From positions 32,001 to 96,000 of the forward strand of contig CAXTYC010000002.1 of assembly GCA_964248365.1 (NCBI GenBank): a DNA stretch of 64,000 nt. Reading direction: 5' to 3'. The notes beneath the pieces were generated by a model. It saw nothing but the letters and a program-made list of their open reading frames with translations. It was not told where the DNA came from and ran no database searches. This document shows positions 1-8,110 of this stretch, piece by piece. How positions within the stretch are numbered: the first letter of the stretch is position 1; each line of letters begins with the position of its first letter. The position numbers were made by a program, and so were the translations under genes. The DNA is from an uncultured Chroococcidiopsis sp. (GTDB lineage Bacteria > Cyanobacteriota > Cyanobacteriia > Cyanobacteriales > Chroococcidiopsidaceae).

Positions 1-1001
1 TGATCATATTTGCCCCCAGCTACACAGCAATGGTATTATGTCAAGAGTTGTCAGATGCTGATTACGGCAGTGAGGGAAAACCAACAGCCGACCTAGAGCG
101 AAAGTTCTATGGATTGTGGACATTTGTACCAGACTTGGTACAAGAAACAGTAGAGATAGCGATCGCTCATATTAATCGCTACAACCGAGAACTTGCACAA
201 AATATCAAATCCCACCTGGAAGAAGTCGTAAAAGCTACACCATCCGCAACACCCGATGACCTGAATGCGATCGTCTCTCGCGTCGTGGATTATCTTCAAG
301 TCAGCCAAAAAGATGTTGTTAGCAATATAGACTGTATGCATCAGCAGGAACTAGACACCAACCTACTATCTAATGAGTTACAAGCCTTCCTGCGCCTTGG
401 TCAACTAATTGATGTAGCTGACACCCGCAACCCAATGGCAGCATCAGAGGTAGCAGCTTTAGCAGAAACGATCGGTCAGCTAATAGACTTACCAGCTTGG
501 CAAATCAAGCGGCTACGACTGGCGGGACTACTCTACCGCATTGCGCCGATGTCTATGAGTGTTCAATATGCAGAAGCACCGAGTTGTCCTCTAGTCCCAG
601 CAGCACAAATATTGCGAACCATGCCACGTTTACGAGCGATCGCTAAAATTATCAATCATCTATCCGAATGGTGGGATGGTAGCGGCTTTCCAGGTGGTTT
701 AGCCCATGAGGAAATTCCGCTGGAATCGAGAATTTTAGGATTGGTTATCACCTTTCAGGAGCGTGTTGCCTTGAATTCCCAATCTCACTCAAGCGAAAAT
801 GCATTAATTCAGACATTGTCCGAGTTTAAGCAAGAACAAGGTAGCCGCTGGGAGCCGAAACTTGTAGACACCTTGGAACTTCTAGTCATGGGTTTGCAAC
901 AGGGTTTAACCCTACCAACCACACCTCCTAAAATCAGTAGTGGTATGTGGTTAATTGATACCCAAACCGATGACGAGCGAGTAGCGAGTGGAACCAGTTG
1001 A
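1..1001 (+). CDS. DICT-sensor / degenerate HD-GYP protein, 5' end outside the window
   Basis: The frame is open from position 3 (IIFAPSYTAMVLCQEL...RKFYGLWTF, the end of a DICT-like domain). The C-terminal part is HD-GYP-like (RLRLAGLLYRI, HLSEWWDGSGFPGGL..EEIPLESRIL) but lacks the HD dyad. Confidence 0.75.
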   Translation, partial: IIFAPSYTAMVLCQELSDADYGSEGKPTADLERKFYGLWTFVPDLVQETVEIAIAHINRYNRELAQNIKSHLEEVVKATPSATPDDLNAIVSRVVDYLQVSQKDVVSNIDCMHQQELDTNLLSNELQAFLRLGQLIDVADTRNPMAASEVAALAETIGQLIDLPAWQIKRLRLAGLLYRIAPMSMSVQYAEAPSCPLVPAAQILRTMPRLRAIAKIINHLSEWWDGSGFPGGLAHEEIPLESRILGLVITFQERVALNSQSHSSENALIQTLSEFKQEQGSRWEPKLVDTLELLVMGLQQGLTLPTTPPKISSGMWLIDTQTDDERVASGTS

Positions 1002-1099
1002 AAGGATGAAGTATAAAGGATAAAAACGGTTAACTGTTAACAGTTCATGGTAAACAGTTAACCTTAATTACAAATTACGAATTACGAATTACAAAAGTT

Positions 1100-1741
1100 G
1101 TGGATATTGAAGCCATTCGTATAGGAAAAATCAAACAGTTACCAGGCTCTCTTCTGGAAGACGAAGATCTTTCAGGAGTCGATCTTAGTGGGATCAATTT
1201 AGCAGGAGCAACCCTAGTCGGGACAAATTTTGCCCACTCCAAACTAGAAAGAGCGCGTTTAGACGGAGCAAATTTACTAGGTAGCCAGCTTTTTGGTGCT
1301 GACTTGCGGGCTAATTTGCTCGGAGCCAATTTAATGCAAGCCGACTTGACTGGGGCAGATTTGCGGGGTGCTAATTTGCGGGGTGCTAATTTGATGGGCG
1401 CAAAACTGTCGGGGGCTTCTTTAGCTGGTGCTTTCTTGAGTGGGGCAAATCTGATGAGTGTCAACTTACAAGGAGTAGACTTGCGCGGAGCCGACTTGCG
1501 GGGAGTAAATCTGAGTGGGGCAAATTTGCAAGGAGCAAATTTAGGCGGGGCAGATTTACAAGGAGCTTTAATTAATGAAGCTAACCTGGAAGAAGCCGAC
1601 TTGCGAGGGGCGAATTTAGCAGGAACCAGCTTAGCAGGAGCTAATCTACTGTGTGCTGAGTTAGAAGGCGCAAACTTGACTGGCGTGAACCTAACAGGAG
1701 CTTGTTTAGTTGGTACTTCTATGGCTGAATTAGCTTCGTGA
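1100..1741 (+). CDS. Pentapeptide repeat protein
   Basis: Continuous A(D/N)LxG pentapeptides (ADLRG, ANLMG, ANLSG). Confidence 0.95.
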   Translation: MDIEAIRIGKIKQLPGSLLEDEDLSGVDLSGINLAGATLVGTNFAHSKLERARLDGANLLGSQLFGADLRANLLGANLMQADLTGADLRGANLRGANLMGAKLSGASLAGAFLSGANLMSVNLQGVDLRGADLRGVNLSGANLQGANLGGADLQGALINEANLEEADLRGANLAGTSLAGANLLCAELEGANLTGVNLTGACLVGTSMAELAS

Positions 1742-1894
1742 AGACTATTCACGAATGGAATGCTGCCTACGTTGCCCACGCGGTGCAGGAAATCAAGCCA
1801 AGAAAACCTAAAATCATCTGGAATCCTCGATCTGCCGTGACCTCCCTCGACGAAGGAATGCGGGTTTCATGAATTCGCCAACAGTGCTGCTAAA

Positions 1895-2004
1895 TATAGC
1901 AATCCTATTTCAGTTGTGAAAGCGAGGCAGGCTTCTTTGCCTGCACAAGGCTTGTATGCCTGTTCCACAAATCACTGTTTCACAAATCACTTAGGATTGC
2001 TGTA
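1895..2004. mobile_element. MITE-like element
   Basis: Imperfect terminal inverted repeats TATAGCAATCCTATTTCAGTTGTGAAA / TTTCACAAATCACTTAGGATTGCTGTA, with an internal hairpin GCAGGC..GCCTGC. Confidence 0.65.
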
Positions 2005-2093
2005 TGTGATTAGCGATCGCTTATTGGAGAAAAACTTTTTGGTTACTGACTATACCTCATCTTTATATCCAATTTTGATGGGTTTGACTTACC

Positions 2094-2633
2094 TTAAGAA
2101 CCAGATTTTTGATAAAGTCCTTGAGTGGAGGTAGCTATATTCCCTCCAATTTGCTTAAGTGCAAGTGTTTGCCCATTATTTTGCAAAGAAAATGAATCAA
2201 CTATATACTCATTCGAGTAACGAGAGGTTTTGGGGACTGAGGTTGGGGTTGTAAAAGAATAAGCACAAGACGCAAAATCATTAACAGTAAGAGTTTGCAG
2301 GTGAAATGTTAATTTATTTTCATTTACAGTAAACCTACCCCTTGTAGTCCTAAAGGCAAATGTCGCACACGCATCAACTACACCTCCGGGACGTGTTTCA
2401 ACCATTAATTGATTGTAGTAACTACCATCTGGATTTAAAACAAGTACATCCTTATTTCCGCCCATCTTCCATTCACCTATAAGTGAAGGTGGTATTGGAT
2501 CTGATGCAGATGCGAAAACAGCGGTAAAAGAGGGTGGCAAAACCCCGCCGCTAATCACTTGTGCTACCGTGCCGCTTGCTAAACCAAAAATGCAAGCCCA
2601 ACTCAGGAATGATTTTGAGAGAAGATTGTACAT
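2094..2633 (-). CDS. Putative secreted hypothetical protein (beta-rich, lipocalin-like LIGEW motif)
   Basis: Signal-peptide-like N-terminus, the motif LIGEWK, and two Cys in the mature part. Confidence 0.6.
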   Translation of the reverse strand: MYNLLSKSFLSWACIFGLASGTVAQVISGGVLPPSFTAVFASASDPIPPSLIGEWKMGGNKDVLVLNPDGSYYNQLMVETRPGGVVDACATFAFRTTRGRFTVNENKLTFHLQTLTVNDFASCAYSFTTPTSVPKTSRYSNEYIVDSFSLQNNGQTLALKQIGGNIATSTQGLYQKSGS

Positions 2634-2680
2634 ATCAGTGCTTTTTTAAGAATAAATTGATTTTTTTCCTTTCTAGTTAG

Positions 2681-3508
2681 TTATCTCTGGAATTTTGCCC
2701 AAGGTATAATGGAAATATCTAGCAAAATTCTTCCGTTTTCGCTTGGTAGAGTCGCTACTAAAACCATAATTCCAATCAAGTTAATCCACCAGCATCCGCC
2801 CCAGCCCCAACCGAAAAAGAAAGATAGCACGAGTTCGAGCGCAAAAATCCCCCCGCTGACTTTAAGGGCAATCTCCTGTCTTTGAAGGTCAGAAGGAAAG
2901 ACGTTCCCGCGCCAAAACCAGATAGTAAGTGCTAGAGGGAGAAGTGGTCCTAATACTCTGACCAAGATGTAAGCAACTGCACCTGGAACAATTTTTGTTG
3001 ATGCAATTCTTGACGCAGTTTTAAGGAATTTGGATTTACTAGTAGGATCGGTCTGCCTAGGACTTCTGACTGGGGTAGCGGGTGGTAAAGTCGGTTGTTC
3101 GCCTTTCTGGTGTAATTCGTCTTGTACTTCAGTGGTAGGATTAACGGGGCGTGGCGGTAGCTGTGTCGGAGCAACATCAACAGAGATCGCAACAACCTTG
3201 AGTTGCATTTCTCCTAGAGCAATAGTGCTATTAGGTCGTAGTTCCACTTCTTCTTGCTGTAATTGTTGCCCATCCAAAACTAGAGAATTGCCCATTTGCA
3301 GGTTCCGTAAGTAGAAGCAATGCTGCTGAGGGTGGAAGAATATCTCTACGTGTAGCCTCGATACAGTTGGATGGGATAGCACAATGTTACACTGGGCGGG
3401 ATCTCGACCGATGCGAACTGTGCCTCGATTTTTGCTCAGCTGTTGCTCGTAAATTTTGTAAGTATGGTTGCGACCTGCTTCAAGCCACTCTAAAGTCAGT
3501 TCGTTCAT
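2681..3508 (-). CDS. FHA-domain membrane protein
   Basis: FHA motifs IGRDP..C.IVL.HPTVSRLH, a Pro-rich linker and C-terminal transmembrane helices. The ATG at 3508 follows AAGGA. Confidence 0.85.
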   Translation of the reverse strand: MNELTLEWLEAGRNHTYKIYEQQLSKNRGTVRIGRDPAQCNIVLSHPTVSRLHVEIFFHPQQHCFYLRNLQMGNSLVLDGQQLQQEEVELRPNSTIALGEMQLKVVAISVDVAPTQLPPRPVNPTTEVQDELHQKGEQPTLPPATPVRSPRQTDPTSKSKFLKTASRIASTKIVPGAVAYILVRVLGPLLPLALTIWFWRGNVFPSDLQRQEIALKVSGGIFALELVLSFFFGWGWGGCWWINLIGIMVLVATLPSENGRILLDISIIPWAKFQR

Positions 3509-3611
3509 TGTCCTTGCCTTTGAACTCACATCCACCTATTTACTACTTCACGCTATATCTGTTAGATACATAACACGAAAACGGAAATCTAAATTTTAAG
3601 AATCTTAATCA

Positions 3612-4493
3612 TTATTGCAGCTTGCACAAACAAATCGCTCGCTTTCTGATTCCAAGAGCGATCGCACTTAAAAATAACAACCCCATCACGCCAGCCAAGG
3701 GGTTACGGTCAACTCCCGTGATCCAATCAGGAACTCGACCAGAATATTTTACTAGTTGTCCAACATTAATAATGTAATAGCCCCAAATCAAACCCGCGTG
3801 GAGTCCAATCGGTAAAGCGAGGCGATCGCCACCTATTCGCTTGGCACACACTAAAGTTAACCCCAACAGCACTAACGCTGGAAACTGAGGTAGTGTACGG
3901 ATAATCTCTGGCAGTGGTTTAATAAAATGTAGCAGGGCGAATATCAAAGCATTTGCCCTTCGTGCCACACTAGGACGATAATCTCGCTGCAACTCCGAAA
4001 GCAGCCAACCCCGAAATAACAATTCTTCCGCTAAGCCAAATGCCAGCGCTACAACTAATCCTTCAATAATTAATCTAGGTAAAAAAATATTGGGTCGTTG
4101 CCATAGCAACCAGCCCAACCATCCTTCTACTAAAAACAGGCATAGAACAACGGTTATTCCAGTTCCCAACCCGCTCAGTAGTTCTGTACCACTACGCCGC
4201 GTTTTTGTCAAGCCATAACTTTGCAACAAATGAGGCTGGCGGTAGACGTATTTCCCCCACAGCCGCACCAAGAGAATAAATTCTACGTATAAAAGCGGCA
4301 GGGTGAGAATATTAACCAAATTCTGGTCGTGTACTAGCCAGTAAATTGGTGCAGCTATTGGCAGCCACAAAAGCAGCAAAGCCAGAATAAAAATTCCCAA
4401 CCGGATGGGGGCTGGGGAATTATTAAGCAGGGATAGGGGGGAAAGGAGGAGACTTGCCTCTTGCCCCTTGCCTCTTGCCCGCCTCTTACTCAT
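3612..4493 (-). CDS. CPBP/CAAX (Abi) intramembrane protease
   Basis: Motifs EELLFRG, FALLH and LHAG, with multiple transmembrane helices. The start overlaps the clpS end. Confidence 0.9.
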   Translation of the reverse strand: MSKRRARGKGQEASLLLSPLSLLNNSPAPIRLGIFILALLLLWLPIAAPIYWLVHDQNLVNILTLPLLYVEFILLVRLWGKYVYRQPHLLQSYGLTKTRRSGTELLSGLGTGITVVLCLFLVEGWLGWLLWQRPNIFLPRLIIEGLVVALAFGLAEELLFRGWLLSELQRDYRPSVARRANALIFALLHFIKPLPEIIRTLPQFPALVLLGLTLVCAKRIGGDRLALPIGLHAGLIWGYYIINVGQLVKYSGRVPDWITGVDRNPLAGVMGLLFLSAIALGIRKRAICLCKLQ

Positions 4494-4767
4494 CCGGTTC
4501 AATTGTGCTGGTTAAACCATGATTTTTCAATGTTTCACAGTAAAACTCAGCGTGTTCCTGAGCGCAAGTAATTACTAAAGCCATTCCATTCGTATGGGCT
4601 TCCATCATGATGCTGACAGCTTGCGGCTGGGTGATGCTCGGCACCGTATGCATTAAAGTCTGCACCACGTACTCCATACTGTTGAAATCGTCGTTATGAA
4701 GTAAAACGCGATACCGAGGTGCGAGCTTGCGAGTCGTTGAACTCTTCGTAAGGGTTTCGACAGACAC
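4486..4767 (-). CDS. clpS: ATP-dependent Clp protease adaptor ClpS
   Basis: YRVLLHNDDFNSMEYV...MMEAHTNG...EHAEFY. Confidence 0.95.
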   Translation of the reverse strand: MSVETLTKSSTTRKLAPRYRVLLHNDDFNSMEYVVQTLMHTVPSITQPQAVSIMMEAHTNGMALVITCAQEHAEFYCETLKNHGLTSTIEPDE

Positions 4768-5047
4768 TGCTCTCTACTCCTGGTGTTCGTTACTAACTAC
4801 AGTTGTGTTTTTGTTAAAAAGTTGCTTCATACTTATTAATCTCTATTTATAGCATCCAAATGAGTAAGTGTGGGCGATCGCTTGGGGAGAACTCAACCGA
4901 AGAGAGGCGCGCGTGAAAGCTGGGGGATCTGGGGGGGAAATAAAGAATTAACTATTGTGTCACCTGTCGTGGGTTGTGGGTCTCCTGCCTCCTGTCTTCT
5001 AAAATAAAAAGCAGCAACAAGTGTGCGTTGCTGTGGAATCAATATCA

Positions 5048-5425
5048 ATGGACTTTAGCTGTAACTTCCAACCACGACAAATTGTTTATTTAGAACATCT
5101 TGCCACTCGCCTATATGCCGAAGTCATTCAAGTGGTAGCATCGCGTCAGGTAGGCTGGGTTAGACCATTACTGCTGGCAGAATTTCCCCTAGACAATCAA
5201 CCGGATGGGGAACCACTAATCTATGATTTACGTTCTGGTGCTGATTTACTTTGGTCGCTAGCAGTATTCCGTCCTGCCCTCGATACAGAAGTCATGCCCC
5301 TATTATTGCAGCTATTAGACGAGGAACCACCCCTAGACCGTGAAGCAGTTGCCTTTACTCAACTCAATCACTTCATTCGTCAAGCATGGCTTGCCCAAAA
5401 GGAGGGGCTAGGGGCTGGGGGCTAG
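5048..5425 (+). CDS. Conserved cyanobacterial hypothetical protein
   Basis: Globular-looking ORF (LYAEVIQVV..RQ..WVRPLLL, DLLW....FRPALDTEV), divergent from clpS. Confidence 0.7.
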   Translation: MDFSCNFQPRQIVYLEHLATRLYAEVIQVVASRQVGWVRPLLLAEFPLDNQPDGEPLIYDLRSGADLLWSLAVFRPALDTEVMPLLLQLLDEEPPLDREAVAFTQLNHFIRQAWLAQKEGLGAGG

Positions 5426-5553
5426 GGGCAAGAATTGGATGGGGAGAGGGGGTGACAAGGAGAGGGGGGGAAAGAGGGGGGTTTGAATACTTCCCCTTGT
5501 CCCCTTGTCCCCTTGTCCTCCCCTAGCCCCTAGCCCCTAGTCCCTAGCCCCTA
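5405..5553. repeat. STRR heptamer arrays in inverted arrangement
   Basis: GGGGCTA/GGGGCTG units and (CCCCTTGT)n/(CCCTAGC)n units lie between convergent genes. Confidence 0.85.
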
Positions 5554-6723
5554 GTTATAGCGAATACCAGCATCCTTCATGCGTTGAATTGCTTCATGCA
5601 TCCGTTCGTCAGGTACTGTGAGGGCAATGCGGAAAAAGCCTTCCCCTGCTTCCCCATAGCCATTACCAGGAGGAACAATGATGCCGCACTTATCTAGTAG
5701 CAATGTAACAAATTGAGTTGAGGTATAACCCTTGGGAACCCGAACCCAAACGTAGAGTGTGGCTAGTGGTGGTTCAATGGGAAATCCTAGCGATTGTAGT
5801 CCTTGGACAATTATATCTCGCCGTTTTTGGTAAACTGACATCAAGCTTTGCAGGTCTGCTTCTGAGGTCGAGTAAGCAGCGATCGCCGCATTTTGAATTG
5901 CCTTGAATACCCCAGAATCTACATTCGTCTTAACTTGACCCAATCCTTTAATTCCTTGGGCATTTCCTACCACAAAACCAACTCGCCAGCCAGTCATATT
6001 GTAAGACTTCGACAAACTGTGAAACTCAATTGCCACATCTTTCGCGCCTGGGACTTGCAAAATGCTGGGAGGTTTATATCCGTCGTATGCCATTTCTGAG
6101 TAGGCGTGGTCATGACACAGCAAAATGTCATACTGCTGGCAGTAAGCGACTAGTTTCTCGAAAAACTCCAGCGTTGCTAATGCCCCAGTTGGATTGTTGG
6201 GATAGTTAATCCATAACAACTTAGCCTTACGGGCGACTTCTTGGGGAATTGCTTCTAAATCTGGTAAAAAACCATTTTCTGCTAGCAATGGCATAGTATG
6301 AAACTCGCCACCAGCAAAAATGGTAGAAGTGCGATATACCGGATAACCAGGATCTGGAATCAAAGTATAGTCCCCACGTTCCACAAATGCCAAAAACGTA
6401 TTGTGAATAGCTTCCTTGGAACCAATGGAAGAGACTACCTCAGTGTTCGGGTTCAACCCCTTCACTCCAAATCTCCGTTCCATCCACTGCACTGCTGCTT
6501 CTCGAAAATCTTTCGTGCCTTGGTAGGGTGGATAGTTGTGGGTAGCGGGGTCATCAATCGCCGAATGCATTGCCTGCACAATATGATCCGGTGTGGGTCG
6601 GTCTGGATCACCCACTCCCATGTTGATAATATCAACTCCTTTGGCAACTAATTCATCCCTTTTGCGGTCAATCTCAGCAAACAGGTAGGGAGGAATTTTT
6701 TCTAAGCGTTTGGCAAATTGCAT
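5551..6723 (-). CDS. dapL: LL-diaminopimelate aminotransferase (class I/II PLP enzyme)
   Basis: IPPYLFAEID, GSKE, NYPNNPTG, DHAY and SLSKSYNMTGWRVG (PLP Lys). Confidence 0.85.
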   Translation of the reverse strand: MQFAKRLEKIPPYLFAEIDRKRDELVAKGVDIINMGVGDPDRPTPDHIVQAMHSAIDDPATHNYPPYQGTKDFREAAVQWMERRFGVKGLNPNTEVVSSIGSKEAIHNTFLAFVERGDYTLIPDPGYPVYRTSTIFAGGEFHTMPLLAENGFLPDLEAIPQEVARKAKLLWINYPNNPTGALATLEFFEKLVAYCQQYDILLCHDHAYSEMAYDGYKPPSILQVPGAKDVAIEFHSLSKSYNMTGWRVGFVVGNAQGIKGLGQVKTNVDSGVFKAIQNAAIAAYSTSEADLQSLMSVYQKRRDIIVQGLQSLGFPIEPPLATLYVWVRVPKGYTSTQFVTLLLDKCGIIVPPGNGYGEAGEGFFRIALTVPDERMHEAIQRMKDAGIRYN

Positions 6724-7647
6724 AGCGATGTACAACTTCAACAGATGTAGTGAGTAGGCGCAAGGCTGACCAAAGCCAGCAGCATATATTTTGCAACTAT
6801 CTTGGGTGTTATTTCAAATTGTTCAACATCTTGTATGGTATTTTCGGTATAAAATACTAGCCAGTCTAAATAACGTTTGTTTTTTCTCAAGACAGCTTGA
6901 GTATATTTATACATCAGAGCAGGGGAAATGTATGCTATTTAACCAAATGTTTAAGCAGCAACACCATCAAACCAGTTTACTGCTATTCCTAGCAGGCTTT
7001 AAGAATAACTGTATTTGCCTTACTTTCAATTTATGCCATTAGTAATTTCAATACTTTGTTGTTGCCATTATGATAGTCAGCAAGAAGTATTGAAAATTGA
7101 GAATTTCGATGTTTAAAGCTTGCTTTGATAATTGGGGCGTAGAGCTTCGCTCTTGCCTTCGGCATCGCCCCAATTATTCATAACTGACTAAAAAACTTTC
7201 ATTTTGGAGTATTTATATACTGTTTTCATAGCAACAACACATAAGATATATTTCAGCTTGATTATTTATTTGAGGTAATCTCTACCAAATGACAGATGAA
7301 TTATTAAGTCACAGGTGTCGTAATATTCAAACAACTCGTCGACCCAATCTGAAGGTTTGACATTACCGTTTCTGATGAAGAGGAATTGTAGTAACAGTAA
7401 CTAGATGTCAGAGCTATTTATTTAATTACATATATCAATTTGGCAGTAGACAGTTTATGTGAATTAATAATAAAAGAGAAGTGTATAAAAAAGTACTTGC
7501 TCTATAAGAAAAAAAATTCTAAATGAACAGAAAAAATTAAAGAAAAAATTAAGAATAATTTTAGGTGGTTTAGGGTAAAATTTCAGAATTTAACTACTGA
7601 TTCATGTCTAAGCGATTGTATGTAATTGAGTTAAAAAGGATCGAAAG

Positions 7648-7986
7648 ATGAAAACGCTTACTGCCAATCCAAAGATTACAGTGATTCGCCCCAGTGGTCC
7701 ATTTAATGCTTCAAATGCAGCCGCTTTTGGGCAACATATAAGAAAAATAGTTAGTGGGACAGAGCATAGTAGTGTCTTAGTAGATTTAGCTTTGGTAGAG
7801 TCTATAGATAGTGCTGGGCTGATGGCGTTAATACATAGTCTAAGGTTGGCTCAGTCTCTAGGTAAACGTTTTAGTATTTGCTCAGTTTCACCGTCAATTC
7901 AAATTATTTTTGAACTAACGCAGCTAGACAAAGTGTTTGAAATATTTGATTGCCAAGCAACATTTGCAGCGGCGATCGCAGCCTAG
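7648..7986 (+). CDS. STAS-domain anti-sigma factor antagonist
   Basis: VDL..VESIDSAGL and IFELTQLDKVF. Confidence 0.92.
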   Translation: MKTLTANPKITVIRPSGPFNASNAAAFGQHIRKIVSGTEHSSVLVDLALVESIDSAGLMALIHSLRLAQSLGKRFSICSVSPSIQIIFELTQLDKVFEIFDCQATFAAAIAA

Positions 7987-8110
7987 TCAAACCTAGCCAA
8001 AAAGGTAAAAATTAACAATAGTAAATCTGCTCAAAACAGAGGCTGAACTAAGAAACGCTAATTAATGTTAAGGTGGAAGTGAAGCCGAACGGGAGCAGAA
8101 AATTAGCAAA

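Noticed and set aside
1075..1779. 234-aa minus-strand ORF with KFAP repeats
   Set aside because: It is the antisense shadow of the pentapeptide repeat gene.
1738..1872. 44-codon ORF overlapping the pentapeptide gene stop (GTGA)
   Set aside because: It is too short and has no recognisable motif; it may be a gene fragment near the MITE but I cannot support it.
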